From Sphyrna mokarran (taxonomy: Eukaryota): a DNA stretch of 64,000 nucleotides. The translations under genes and the position numbers were made by a program. Below are positions 40,062 through 55,019 of the stretch, in pieces (the first letter of the stretch is position 1; every line of letters starts with the position of its first letter). Location: contig JAGIQG010000016.1 of assembly GCA_024679065.1 (NCBI GenBank), positions 9,796,001 through 9,860,000 on the forward strand, read 5' to 3'. Under the pieces are notes generated by a model that searched no databases, was not told the origin of the DNA, and saw nothing but the letters and a program-made list of their open reading frames with translations.

Positions 40062-40254
40062 TTCCACTTGCGGTAACAGAAACTCACTTCTTGCAAGCTG
40101 TCACTTAATCCTGACACGTTAAGTTGTGCCTGTTAGATGGACTGACCATGCTAAGTCGAGCTTTGTGTCAGGGAGTCTGGAGAATGTAATTGTTTGAGAT
40201 AATTTGTAAAGGGGCAGGGGAACAAATGATAACGTACAGAGAACAAAGACAATA

Positions 40255-41210
40255 GTAGCACAAGAACAGTCAGTTCGACCTTCCAAACATGCAACAACAT
40301 GGTGCTGGACTTATGTAAATCTCCCTTCCGTTTCAGGGACAATATCGCGTCATTCCCACCTGTCCAACTACTTGTCAAGACACCTCTTAAAATTCGCTAT
40401 CGTGCTCCGTCCTCTACCTCCTCCATCAGCACGTCCAGGTCCCCAATACCCTTTCTGGAAAAAAAGAAATGCCTCTGTACATTTTCTTGAAAACTTGCAA
40501 CTCCCATAAAAATCCATGCCCAGAGTAATTGATTCCTCCCCCCGGGAAAACTCTTCTGTCCATTCACTATGTCCATGTCGCTCAAAATCGTATAGACCTC
40601 TTCCGATCCAATGAGAATAAACAAAGGTCCGCCAACATTTCATCATAGCTAATGCCCATCATAACAAACGGCATCCTGATAAACCCGTTGTTTATGTAGA
40701 GTCTCCAAAGCCTCCATATCCTTCTGATAGTGTTGCGATCAGAATTCAACATTATAATTAAAGTACGGCATACCTCAGGTGCTATTAAATTGCAGTTTAA
40801 TTTGCCAGATTTTTTTTAACTCAATGCTCCAGCCGATGAATGGAATCATCCCGAATGCCGTCTTGCCTACTTTATCCATCTACAAGCCATTTTCAGTGAC
40901 CTGTGCACCAGTATACTCGGACATATCTGCCCATTCATAATCTTAAACGTTCTGTCATTCACTGTATATTTCCCATCTGTAATAGAACATCCAAAATGCA
41001 TTACCTCTCATTTGTCCGAATTCAATTCTCTGTGCCATATTTTCGCTCAAGTCTCTAACCGATCTATATCCTGTCGTTTAATCTAGTGGTAAACAATGCT
41101 ATCTACAAATTCACCAGACTACGTGTCTTCTGCAAAATTACTAATCAAACAATTTACATTTTCCTCCCAGTCATTAAAAAAAACTTAGGTCCCAGCTTAG
41201 ACCCCTGAGG
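40255..41210 (-). mobile_element. Old CR1 LINE 3' portion (copy 3)
   Basis: Paralogue of 150-1110. Confidence 0.85.
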
Positions 41211-41409
41211 AACGTTAATTGCAAAAGAAGTCTCAGAGCAACTCGTTCAAGTCCAACAAGTGTATTTGAGACTAAACACAGTAGTTTTTGTAGTATGTCC
41301 GTTCATCAGGTGATTCGGTGGGGCTATTGTCGTTGCTGACTCGTTGGCTTAATGGCCTCCTTCTGTGCTGTACAATGCAATGATTCTACGTAATGTCCCA
41401 AATTCACAT

Positions 41410-44300
41410 CGACTGTCTTTGTAAATGACTTTTCTTTCAATGAATCCATTCTAAGTCTTTAAAAAGCATGAATACCTGCATCACTTGTTATGTTTCTTCA
41501 TCATTTATCACTGGCAATGCTATACAGTTACACCATTGACATGATTTGCAGCCCCCTGTGCACATAGGCTGATTACGTTTTCTCCTATGAATGCTCTGTC
41601 TGCGAAATCTGCATTCTTTCTACATTGGCTTCTGCATCATTTCCGTCTTTTATTCCAAGCACTGTCAATCCTTCTGTACTATTTTCCATCATGCCCCCTG
41701 CTGATTTCTGCACGCATTTTTCATGACAAAAAAACGTTTGTTTGCCTTTTGAACCTCCTGCATCGGAAAGCTCTTTCAATCTTCCTGAATCTAAAAAGTG
41801 CTATTTGCGTGTTGTCTGTCAACATGATTTCTCTCATCATGATGAGTGATTCTTAAACACAAAGTGGCAATTTGTCATAGAATTGTGCCTTTACATATCG
41901 ATGTATAGCTGTACCAACTGACTCCACTTGGGCGGTGTAGTATCATACTAGCATTAATCTGCCTCTATGTTTTTGAGTTGCTACTGCAGTTTGCATTCCC
42001 TCATACTCCTGGCCGAAATTGGGAAACTGTTCAGTGAATCCTCACAACCGAATGTTCTATCCTACACCTTGGCTAATATTGAATCTGTTTTCTTTATTCT
42101 TACCCATCCCATTTCACAATTTGTATACGACCTCTCTATTTCATTTCCTTTATACATGTCAGGATTTTGCATTACTCCATTAATTTTAACACAAACCCTG
42201 CAATTGTTAAATAAAAGCCTCAATAATGTTTCTATGCATTTTAAATTTGCGTTATGTTTGCCTGTTAGTTGTCGTTTTCCTTCAATAATCTCGATTACCG
42301 TTTTTTGCCGCGCAATATAACATTTTCTTCGTGTGTCATCCGTTATTGCCTCAATTGAGCTTTAGTAAGATTAAGTTGAATTGCTTGAATCAGTCTTCAT
42401 TCTGCCAAACCATGTGTAATTTTCCAAGCTGGGGCAATCAAAATGTCGTTCACATATTAACAAAAACATGTTGGTTTCTGCACATTGTATGAGGCATCCT
42501 CTGTCTGACGTATTGGTTTATTACCGAACCCCTGTGGAAAACGACTCCAAATGTGTTGTTATTACTTTCCAACTGTAAACCTAAACTTGCATTGCTGTTC
42601 CTCAGTTAGGGAATTAACCAGAACCTATTAGCACTTTGAAGAGCTTCTGCTCCCTTCCAATTGAGTTTTAAATGGTACCAGGATTCAGCAATGTGGAGTG
42701 ACCTTGAATCGGATGAACAGTTGAAATAATACAGCCTATTGGTCCCTTTGGTAGTCTGTTCCTGTCGGATGGATTCCTTATTTTCCCAACAGGTGAATTT
42801 CCCTCTGGGAAAGTATTAGTTACTTCATGTTCATTCTCTAAATCGACATCAAAACGTTTCAACAAATCCACTGCTTCTAGTCTGAAAGGATATTGCTATT
42901 GCACGCGATGAAGTTCTCCGGATATCAATTATGACGGGATGTCTATCCACAATCCTGTTTGTGTTTCACCCAGTCCTGACCATACTTTGCTGCAAAGTTT
43001 TTTTTTCATATTGTCCACTTTTAAATTTTGTTGTAGTCTTTTTACTCCACAACGTCCGCTTCCTTTCATCTGTCTCTATCGATTTCCACTTTGAGCTGCA
43101 GCATCTCATATTGCATGTCTTGACGACGCTGATATTTCCCATTTGTTCTCGCCGGTAAATTCCTAGAACACACTTTCTTATTTCAACGATATCTCAATCA
43201 GGGCCTGTTGGTATTTACAGACTGTCAAAGTAGTGTGATTTTAAATCATCTAGTTGTTCCTTGGAATTCTAAAGTCCGATCAGTCGTTGTCAAAGTAAAA
43301 TCTCTTGCAGATATAGATGTTCCGCTGACTACCGTTTTAATAAAATTTTGTCTGCAATCACTGATTCCACATCCAGTCACGAATCTTTATCTTTAATCTA
43401 AAGAGAGGATAATTGTCACTTTTGGCTAGCAAACTTTACGTTTCGGCTTCCGAGAACTGGATTGCAGTATTTTATTGCCGTTTTGCTCATGCGAGTGGTT
43501 GAACTTAGCGAGCTGAATTTTCTCTGCTGTGTCATTCTCTTCTTTGCTTCTCCCTTTGACAAACAATGATTTATTCATGAAGTAATTTAGCACAACTGCT
43601 GCATTCAACTTAATGGTTGTTAAAGTTTCGTGAGTGTCTTCTTGGACATTTTATTTTGCAATATATACTTTATTTCCACACATTTGGCATGTTTTAGACA
43701 TTATTGATATGAATGCTCAACTCTTTCTCGAGTCATGGTGTTTTCTTTCTGTGAAACTGAATCGATTGTCGTGGCCGAATTCTCTAAAGACATTTCCTGC
43801 TGTCAGATCTGTCTTGATCATTAGTTTCACAGCTAGACTAAACCTATGCTTGAGATTAGAAATAACATATCGTCATCACTCGGTGTATTTTTGCTCCCTC
43901 TCTTGTCTATATAAGATCCAAGTTTACTTTCTGCATTACCTTCTACCGTTTCATTGGAGTTTTGATTTAAAAAATTTACTTAAACCCAGCCAACTCGTTC
44001 CTTTGCGAAAGTTTGTCCAGTTGACCTTTTAAAAGGCTCGTATCGTCACATTCTTATGTTGCTAATTTCCAATTAATTTCTCCAGTTTAAATGCTTGGGT
44101 AATATGTGCCCTTCTTGTGCGGACAGCTTTCTTTTGACTGAAAATCTTACATCATTCAAAGTCAGATAGTGGATCTCTCTCAACTCATTCATCCGTTCAC
44201 AAAAGCTGTATTTTGCTGGTTTCGCCACACGAGACACAATTTGTCCATTTTTTTCCCCTCTCTGCTGTTGTTAAAAATAAACAGGCACACCATCTGTTGT
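41410..44300 (-). mobile_element. Decayed endogenous retrovirus, copy 3
   Basis: YVND at 42445-42456, PQGF at about 42530 and the RT N-terminal ORF 42668-42871. ORF 41585-41779 overlaps the integrase HHCC-like remnant. Confidence 0.8.
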
Positions 44301-44898
44301 TCAAGTTGCTACTTAGCTCCCTTTACCGAGTGAAGTTATTTTATTACGGACTGGTGCTAACAGAATATCTGGCTTTATTTTAATTACCTAAATTGTCTTT
44401 TCTAAAGGGTCTTTCTATCCTGCTCTTTCTCGCTGGACTGCTCTGGAATTTGAATCTGAAATTAATTTGTTTATATCTTTTCCGTGGGCTGTTTCTTTTC
44501 ATTAGAACATTCTTAAACGTCATTCCACAATTCGTTGCGTTAGCTGTCAATATTTTATCGTGATTTCTTACATCGTTGTCAGAATTAAATGCGCCCTTTT
44601 CTGCGTCATGATTCTTCTCACATGCCCATCAATTATTTTGCTCAGATTCAGAAGAGACTTGGTCTTATCCTTGAACAAGCATTTTCCTAATTATTTCGAT
44701 CTTTTCTCCCAAACTACACTCTATCAAATAATGAGTATTTCTCCACGTCAGATTCACACTTTCTATCATTTTAATGATCTAAACGATAGCGCTGTCAGTA
44801 CGCATGACCCATTTTTTTTCTCTCTCTCCTCCTCGTTTTTGCTTTCTTCTTTCTGTCTCTCTGCCTCTTCTGCTCTGCGTCTGTCTGTCTATTCGTAT

Positions 44899-44941
<43 letters not shown>

Positions 44942-45873
44942 CGCGCGCGCGCGTGCGTGTGTTGAGATGTTGCTGAGATTCCCAACATCGATGTTCTATT
45001 TTATTTTGCTGTTTTTTTTTCATTTCCTTCAAAACCCCTTGCAGTCTTTCCTGAGTCCAATCCTAGCACTTCCGCCGGCAGTCTAACTCTTGTTTTCTAA
45101 CGAATCCTATACTCGGGAATCCGAGCTAATTTTCTTCCTAACCAATTTTATTAACACTTCTACTCTCCTGCACACCTCCTTCTCCACGTTTATGCCCTTC
45201 TGCCGTATACCGATCCCAAAGTGGCAACCATAATTTTTCCATGCCTGTCCTCCAAGGCCTTGAATGTTTTTATCCTGACCTTCTGGACGTGCAGCTATTT
45301 CAATTCACCTTGCCGGCGAAGGGTATCATGATTCATATCCCTCAACTTTCGCATTATGCGCAGCACAATAGTTGACATCTCCCTCTCATTGGACTTCTGC
45401 GAAATGCTACACTAAAAGTCGAACATCAAAATTTAGTTTAGCACTTTGATATTAAGGCACGTTCTAAAAGTAGAGATGCGGCCTCCAGGACGCCAAATCA
45501 CCGTTTGGATCGGTCAACATATGGATCCAACAACATGATGTGTTTCTCCTTCCTTAAAAACTTAGGCAGATAACGCAATGTTTCTCATACTCAGAAAGAA
45601 TGTATCATCACCAGAATCCCATGCATGCATCCCGTTCTCTCTCTCCCAAAAGAGTGGTCGGAAAATCGAGTTGATTGATGTTGCCTTAAATATAGGGAAC
45701 AAAACTTTCTCGTGTTAACAACATCAAAAACATAGCTGTTGGAGATCATCATAAGGCTGCGGATCTCACAATTAGTGCAACGCTCTAATGAATGTATTGT
45801 TTCCAAGCCTACATGGAAACTCAAGAAGTTGTCTGCACACACACACACGCACACACACACACACACGCACACG

Positions 45874-45904
<31 letters not shown>

Positions 45905-45969
45905 ACACACACACTCAAACACAAACAGATACAGAGATCCATTAGATATGTTCTTATTGGTCACTTTGA

Positions 45970-46290
45970 AAGAACTTATCCGAAGAGGAAACAGGCCTTT
46001 CGGCCCAACAAGCCCGCGCCGCCACCCCAATGTTCCAACCTCTACCCGCGATCCCTGTCCACGTTCATAGCTCGATGGATTAAAAACCAAATTTGAGACA
46101 ATTTAGGGACAATTCGTTTTGCCAATTAGCCTAACAGCAAGTCTTTGGGATTTGGGAGGAAACCGGAGCACCCGCAGAAAACCCACGCAAGCACGGGGAG
46201 AATGCAGAAACTCCCACAGACACAGGCCCAAATGCATGTATCTGCACAGCACAGCGATAGTCACTGAGCTGTCGTGTTGCCCATCAAATG
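45970..46290 (-). mobile_element. HE1/V-SINE-like SINE (copy 3)
   Basis: gggaggaaaccggagcacccgcagaaaacccacgcaagcacggggagaatgcagaaactcccacagac. Confidence 0.9.
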
Positions 46291-49200
46291 GTCCAGGCCA
46301 AGTGCACACTAACGACATGAAGCTCTCGAAAAAGGTCCAAGAGCAACCCTCTCACGCCCCATCGCGTGTATTTGGCTCATATGAGTTTAAAATCAATAAT
46401 CGTGAGTAAAATTGTGTCAAGAAAATTCTCTGCCAATCAACTCAGTTAATGGAAATTTACAAGCAAACATTGGAAGATCTCATATGCCCATTCAATTTGG
46501 GAGAAGCTCCGACAGTAGTTGGACTCAGTAAGCTCTTGTTGGACAACTATAGATGTTCATCGTATATGTCAAAACAATTGCCAGGCTTCAAAAACATTTC
46601 ATCTCACATCCACATACATAAAAACACCATTATTATTCATTATATTGCAAGATAAGTTCCCTCATCATTATCTTTCTGATACGAATTCTGGTGATCATCA
46701 GTGGCCCCATACCTTTGGCTCTTCAGTCTTCGATTCTACCACCATATCTCATAGTTACTTCTTTTTTGGCTGCAATTGGTAACAGCTCATTGATTATTTA
46801 AGAAATGCATTGAAATCATCAACAAATATGTTATGAAGTAGGACCCACTCATGCAATCTTCTTACTGCACCAACATAAGTCGAGACAATTCGTTTTTTTT
46901 TAAACTTATTAACCTGGCTTCAATAATCGTTTAATGACTCCCTGGTCGTGTGTTTTGCGTCTTATAAATTATGCGTAGAAACGTGTGCTGTGGCTAATAA
47001 GTTCATTCGTTCTTTCTTATCGAAAATGGATGGCCTTCATTCTTTTTTTAGTGGGTCTTGGAAGAATTTTGCATTGCGGCCATGCATTGTGATAATGGCA
47101 TTCTGCAAACCTCATGTTCATCAGTCCATTCATTTTCATAGTGTCAAGGCAACCTCCGGGAGGAATCGTGCAAGTTATTAGACAGGTGAATGAACTGTGA
47201 CGAATAAGCAGGGTTAGAAGCTGAAACCTGTTCTTATGTCACGCTGAGAGCATCGCTGACGTCAAAAATATGATCATTCTGAAGCCACGTCGGTTGTCGG
47301 AAGGAGGAAATGATGTTAGATTGACGAAGGCTAATTTAAGTATGACTTGCTGGAAACGTTTACTGACATTGCTGCACTGAAGCACTTAAAAATATAACAA
47401 AATGGTCGTATGCAAACATAATTGATGATAATCCCGCATTTTTATTATAAAGTTGGAGCTGCCGTTTTCGCCCAATTTTCTATAGGATGGTTGTACAGCT
47501 AAAGTTCATCTGTTGCCGAACTGAATCTGGTGAACATATGCTTAGGTAAATACTTGAAAGGGTGGGAGAGGTGGGGGGCGTATAAGTGTAACATAAGACC
47601 TTAACCTTGGCAGACCTGTTAAACGTATTAGGACAAGTTTATGCATCTATTATTAGAGAATAAACAAAAGACAGGAAATAAATAGTTTGAATTCATATAT
47701 CTGAAGAATGACAACAGAGATGAAATAAAAGCATTTCAAGCGTGGTTTATTTATGGGTCTAATGGATATGCCAGAGCTTAACTTTGTGTTTTGCGTAAAG
47801 GAGAACTCGCTTTGTTTTTGTTTAAATGAAGGCATGACATGCCTGCTTATGACATAAAGAAACGTTCTGTGCTTGCTGAGACTCAGAATGTCATTGCAGG
47901 ACTTGTGTTTTTGCTCGATGGAAAAAAGAAATGAGAAGCTAGGCAGTAGGAACAACAGACGACGGGAAGTAGAACCACACAGTCAATTTTATTGTACCAG
48001 GGATTTGGAACAAACGCATGCCGCAGAAAACCGATGAAGTTACATAAATTGTGTAATTTGAGTGATGTTTTGTGAAAGATAATTCAGTTAAAAGATCTGT
48101 AATGGTCGTTTGCATTGAAGAGATAGTTTCAAGAGCTGAATGACTCCTTGCCACTGTGAGATGAGAGACATCCAAATTAATTCAAAATATTAGTGACACC
48201 ACAGTTGAGCCGGTGAAATAATTTTGTTCTGTGGACATGTGTAGTGAGCGAATAAATTGTGTAGTGGCCTGAAAGCCTGTGCCAGGAGTTCTGATATCAA
48301 TTGAAAGCATACATCGAAGTCATGGATTTTGATCATCTGTGAAGGTATCCATAATATAATCAATATACGGCTAGATTTGATGAGTTTTGCACAAATATTG
48401 CATGAAGGGACATCAATCCATCGACTTCATTATTTGAAAAGCAACACCTATTGATTTACATGGATTGTGAAGTTACTTCGAACACCAGATCTTAAAAATA
48501 AATATGTAACTGGATTTATCCTTAAGAATCTGCTTGCTGCTTGAAGTACATAAATGGGGCGAAGGAGTAATGATTGTATGTTCATCATTTAATATTTTTT
48601 GTTTGCTACTACATGATTGACAAACCTACGACTCTGGGCATACATGAGTCAGAAGAAGGTAAATTAAATGCTACCTAACGCAGAATTTATATGCAATTGC
48701 CTTTCTCTTTCACTGAATTAATTGACAAACTTCTCGTTCGTGAAAAGGAAATCTCTCAAAACTATGTCAAGTGGTTCATGATTCTTCAATTTCATTTGAG
48801 TTTCGGACAGCATATTCTCTACGTTTTTCTATTCTTCTAGACCAACCATGCACTGAAGCTTTCTATAACCGCGAATTAGTATCTTCAAAAACAAAGTTGA
48901 CTGCGGGTTTTTTTTTCTCTCTCATTGTGCTGTTTCTGCTGTCTCTACAACTGCATATGATACTGCTTACACACGCATGAATGTGCGGCAAATTCTTCTT
49001 TAAGGCAAATGTCAACTAAAAAAAAATGTGAGATTAAAGAAACTAAGTGGCATCATCCGTGATATAACGAACAATTTAAAAATAAAAGTCAATAAACTGC
49101 AGCGTGCCCTGCCAGGTATGGACAACATGACAATCGTTATGGAACTCGCCTTTTAAACAAAGTTTGCGCAATGAACATGGCACAAATACCATTTTAATGC

Positions 49201-52200
49201 ACAACATCGTCAAAGATATTGACTTATAGATATAATCACAAAAAGCTGAAAATATGTTCAAGTATCGAAAACATAACATTAACAATCCAATTACAACCAA
49301 CTTGAACATTTATAGAAAATGAGGGACAACCTCGATAGGACAATGCCAAATATATTTTGCATTCTATCATACTGTCCCTCAATTATGGTAATGATGCTAT
49401 TACCCACCCATCCATCCATCTATCCATCTATCCACACCATCCATCCATCCATCCATCGTTCAATTCCTCCATCCGTCCATACATGCCATCATCATTCTCT
49501 CTCTCTTTATCAGAATGCAATCACCTCTTGAACCAGGATTTTCAGACTCTATTGGCCCATTTAACATGACTAACACCTTTGCAAAGCCAATCAACAAATC
49601 TAGACTGACCTTTTTCGGTAACGCCCTCTCCAAACGCTAAATTCATTTTCAGAACAGCTAACATCTTTCAATCATATCCAATTCCATCGAGACATACATA
49701 AACCTATGGACACTTACATGAGATGAGACTCAGACAAGACACTGCAGGCATAAAATTCATTCCAAACAAACAAACAACACCAGAACCGAAAACTCAAATT
49801 ATTATTTGAAGCTGGAATTGTTGTTCATATTAAAGACATATGAATGAAACAACATTAATGATAGCCACAAGAAATTCTCAATGTTTGGAAAAAAAAGCTT
49901 CGTGAAATCAAGTGTGTCTGTACACACCTGATTCAAAAAATGACGTAGTAATGTGGGTTTGACAAAAGCCACATTTGTTGATCGAATGATGTGTGTTTTA
50001 TAATGAGTTTAAGTGGTATAGTACAGTCATCACTGTTTTACAAATGACACAGTCAAAAACTCGCATCATATATGAAATGGTAGATGATTTTTTTTGGAAG
50101 AATGGTTGTCAGAAATATATGACTCCCCTGCGTTATACCCGTAATCGTTGCAACCGAAATGACATTCATCATCTTGTGTTGTGACATGCAACACGTTAAT
50201 CAAATTGACAAATAATGCGGCTAATTTAAAACATAAAGGTTAATTTGCGTGTCATGCGTGCTGATTACCCGTTGCACACTTTGCGAAGAAGTCAGCATAC
50301 CATAAATCACAACATGATGTCAAAAATGATGCCTTTCATTTTGCACGCAAATCGTCTCGCACATTGTCTCGATAAAATGCTATCCTCTACAACCTCCGAG
50401 AATTCGTAAAACAACGTATTGCTTTGTTGTTCTTCGTGGGAAGAACTCGGTTCTCCAAATGTGTCTCAAGACGATCAAGGCAAAAACATTTAATTGCGTT
50501 TCACACACTACCGTTGCTGTGTGGCCGCTGAAAGTTTGTAACATCTGCTACCTTTTCTATTTGTTATCCATAGGTTGAGATACAAAGACATACAAGCTTG
50601 GAGTACACTTAACACATTCCCATTTCCGAACCACCGCATTTATTTTTTTTTCTAAATCGGAGATTCAGAACCATCTGGATGCATTAGTTACAAAAATTCA
50701 TGTGCATGGATTTCAAATCTGTTTCAAAATTAACACCAATATATATTCTCTTTTAGGGATTCCATTACTAATAAACCATACAATTGTTGATTCAATGCGC
50801 TCAATTTACGTTCGCTTTTTGTTTGTCAAAAAATGATGACAAATCTCACACAAAAATAATACAATTATGCAAAAGAGCATCGATACCCTTGCCCGACAAA
50901 GTTTACAGTAATCACTGTGATTAGATGCCACGATATTTTCGTGTTGAATTTCGTTTCACACACTCTGGGCCCTGTTGATATACCTAAGGAATTTAAATGT
51001 GATCAAAGTATTCACTACGTGTTTCCTATGTTCCACAGACTTGACAAAGTGTCAAAATGTTAAGGATGGCGTCGATTAATTTTGTCTGCCGCATTGTTTT
51101 CTCTGTTTTATTTTGACACTCGCACTTATTGCATTGTGACAAATATTTGTAAATTTCCTTGCGTAACTCAAAAAAAAAATGAAATGTGTTATGAAACTGA
51201 TGACACACTCAAAATTGATATTCGTTGAACGTTTAAAATAGAGCTGAATGCCATTTTCACCTGGAGGGTAAAATAACAATAAGCATGTCTATATTCATGT
51301 TTACTTTGGGCTTCAGTAATGGTGCAATGTCCCAGTGACATAAAAAGGCATTCTTAAAACGCTGTATTGGCAGTGATACGAAAGCGAAAGTGAGGAAAAA
51401 AAGAAAATTGGGTTGATGTAGAGGCAAAGATGATATGATCTGAACTTGCATGGATAACAGCAGATCAAAGCTTTTTTTATGTACTCAAGGACAAAACAGG
51501 CAGTGTAATAATGTACATCTTGGTAATGATGGTGAGTTTGTGATTATTTGTTTGGCGGGATAGAACGCCGTTTTTTGGCCAGCTAATTTGGAACAAAGAA
51601 CACGGAATTTGTTGAAGCAAAAGAGAAACCTGACTTTGTTTTAGCAGAGTTATTAATATATATACGCGAAGAGTCACTGACACACAACTTTGGAGATACT
51701 CCAACATAGACGACGACCATGCTTACAGCAAATCAAATCTCAGATACAACAATTGAATTATGATCTGTAAAGATGTCAATGTTGTTACCTATCGATATAG
51801 AGAGGATAAGCAAATAGGAATCCAGCAGGTTTTCAAAGCTGCTACTTTGCAATTCTTTTAATATTTATGCGATTGAAAACCTGAACTAATGCTGAAATAC
51901 AACGCGACGTAAATTTGCGAGTAATAATCCATCCATTTCACTCATACTTCAGCGGCACCTGTCTGTACACTTGATGCCAAGAGACATATATCAATACTGA
52001 TCTAGTTTAGATTACTTACTTCTATCATGATTCAGCTTAATTCAGTAGTGCTGCTCGTGAATGTGGAGTGCCTCTAACTGACTTACTCCGGCCCTGTTCA
52101 GACATAATGAGTGAAAATAGAGCGCAGCCAATGGACGGAAGATGTTTGGCTTTCATACAGAGGGAGGAAACGAGTACAGCCGGAGAAAACGCATGCAAAC

Positions 52201-52823
52201 ACACAGAGGAGTTTTAGGTTCAACAGAGACAGTAACCCAAGTCTGAAATTGAACACAGTTACCTCTCATGTTGAGACTTTAACACTGACTACTGCGCCAT
52301 TGTGCAGCGTGAGAACATTCAAGAATTAAAAAAAAGATTAACTATATACTTGCACCTGTGACTTTGCACCTGAATATTTATGAGTAATGCACAAGTTCTC
52401 GCATGTTGGACTTTACTATTGATCGTTCGATGAGAAGGTGATTACATTAACACAGTTGTTTCTGACTATTCAGTTCGTCGTAATAAGAAATATTACTGAC
52501 ATCCTTACTCAGTATAGGAGTAGATTTTGTTTCATTTTTGATCAAAAATAATTGTGTTGAGAACATGTTGAAGTTAAATAAACAAAACTTAACGTCAGAA
52601 TGCCAATTGTTGAAGGTTGGAGAATTCCATCTAATTCTTATTCACTCTACTTTCAATAGATTCATGACAAATTATCAAATACGGTGCTGAAAAATGGTGG
52701 CACAATGATCCGAAAAGGATTGAAATATTCTCCTTTACAGTTCAGTTATTCCATTAATGTTCAACATTGGACGTAAGTTGTGTATTGGTGAGTGTTGTAT
52801 GACTACAACAAAATGGAAAATAT

Positions 52824-52951
52824 NNNNNNNNNNNNNNNNNNNNNNNNNNNNNNNNNNNNNNNNNNNNNNNNNNNNNNNNNNNNNNNNNNNNNNNNNNNNN
52901 NNNNNNNNNNNNNNNNNNNNNNNNNNNNNNNNNNNNNNNNNNNNNNNNNNN
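52824..52951. other. Assembly gap (N run) at the (TTC)n site
   Basis: Run of n at the position paralogous to 32947-33080. Confidence 0.99.
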
Positions 52952-53428
52952 CCGACGATGGTAAGGAAAGCAAACAAACAAACAAAACAAAATCTGAAAA
53001 CAGGCACTCGGGAGAAATTAGCAGAAGTCGATCGATCCTGGCAAGTGCTCTTATTGCGTTTGAAGACGGCTCAGAGTGTTAGATCATTAAAATGTTCGCA
53101 ATGGACATTTCAATTTTGACCTGGAGGAACAGAAGCACGATCGTTGGGGCCTATGGTCACTGCAGAGCTACAGAATAGGCAACTTTGATTTGAGGAATGA
53201 AAACCAAGAAACTTCCCTTGTGAGACTATTAAAAAAAAAATACTTAATGTAATCCTGTCATCGAAATTGTTGACCGATTGAAAATTTAAAGAAGGTATTC
53301 ACATTTTATCAATTTAACATTAAATGTGAATCGTGCATTTCGCTTCACTGTGTTTCATATGTTACCAAAAGTCCTAAGAAATCGGAATCTGTTCACTATG
53401 CTCACTATATATATCTTATACATCACAG

Positions 53429-53449
53429 CTCTGGGAAAGTGCAGAAAGG
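53429..53449 (+). CDS. Candidate 21-nt micro-exon ((A)LGKCRK), copy 3
   Basis: catcacag | 21 nt | GTAGGA. Confidence 0.45.
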
Positions 53450-55019
53450 GTAGGAAATATACAATGCATTATTGAATACTTTGATATGTATATGTTGTCA
53501 TTTGTGAAATGGTTATTCGTGAATTCTGCAAGATGTTTTTTTTTTAAATAGTATATGCAACATATAGAGTGTTATCAGTGTCTTTATAGATGGTGGCAAT
53601 GGTCATTGATGTAAATCGAACAAATGCGCGGAGAGTCAAATGCCATTTTCATCGATATTGCAACCGATTATAAAAAGTCTTCCTGGTTTTGAGTTGTGGA
53701 TCTTTAACGGAGAGAAAGACGAGCGTTTTCTTTTATGTGGGCACAATCTGAGATATGAATGTGAAGATAACAAATGAAGAAAACAACACGTGACTTTGAA
53801 CAAGTGAAGTTCATGAAAGGAATTTAGATTAGCATTTCAGAACCGCAGACGTAGCTGGACTCCTTAAAAAAAGGTAACAAGAAAAAAAAAGCTAATAATA
53901 AAAAGAGGTAGCAAGAAGAAAAAAAAATATATCGACAGTGCCTCGAAAAAAAAACAGGTGGCATGCATCTGTGCTTTGTGTGTTTGGAGTTTGATGGCAT
54001 GGGATGGTGCTGAGGGCACAATGCTATGATGGCATGCGTCACAACAGGAGAATGAACAACATACATTATTCAGCAGAGAAATACGTCCAGACAGACAAAC
54101 AGTCACCTTTTTTTCTCTCTCCTTCAAGCCATGCACCGAAGTTCTTCAGAACCGAAAGTTTTTTTTTTGGTCAACAAAAAGAAGCGCAATATTTTGATTG
54201 ATGTTCTTTTTGATTCTGCTATCTCAGCTGGTAGCTAAACTTTCACCATAACAACTTACAGTTCACAGGTACGGGGAACTCACGCGACGAGCGTTGTTAA
54301 CTACGGGATTAACTAACTGTATAAAAATATATCTGTCTGTGATACTCTCTGGAGAGTCATTGCAAAGTCGACGGAAAATAAATCTTGAACATTTCCTTTT
54401 AATTTCCAAAAACTACTCGAGTCAAGGGTCATAAATCAAACATCGAATGCTATTACAATCGTGAAGAGCGCATCAATGATCTTAGACAAACCAATTACAT
54501 AGCATAATTATTGTTCTGAACAAACTGTCGGCCATCATATGAATTATTCTGTCTTGGTGATTTGAATTGAAGATGGACACCACTGCATAAATGGAACAGG
54601 AAGAAGTGATTTTTTTTTCTGTTTGAATGTACAAAAATACCACATGCATACTGCTGACATTATTTATATTTTCCATGCATTCCGTTTCCCCATCATGGCG
54701 AATATTATTATTGTGATTAAACGTCAAACACTGATCATTACTAAATGTGATAATACAAAGCAATTTGGGTAATAAAGCGGCCAAGCATCTCTGCACTTCT
54801 TTTTTAACACCAATTGCAGTCTGTTTATTTTTAATAATCCATTCAGACTAAATTTCTGCAATTCCATGTGTTTAGATAGGACGTCGTCGTGCACCATGAA
54901 CAAAATGTTATGTTATTTTCATCTTTCAAGTCAAAGTTTACAATTGTAATTTGATGTCTTTGTTTGGGATCTGTTTGCTGCTCATAACAAAGTCTAATAT
55001 GCACAGAGAGTACACAAAT

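Larger units (their letters stand above)
20221..40104. repeat. Large tandem duplication unit, copy 2 (about 19.9 kb)
   Basis: Collinear with copies 1 and 3. Has 23520-25770 and the 26040-26450 SINE segment that copy 1 lacks, and a deletion of about 2.55 kb at about 34677. Confidence 0.97.

Noticed and set aside
41794-41815. AAAGTGCTATTTG, a miR-430/427-like seed
   Set aside because: Not conserved in the other copies, lies within the ERV remnant, and no hairpin is evident.
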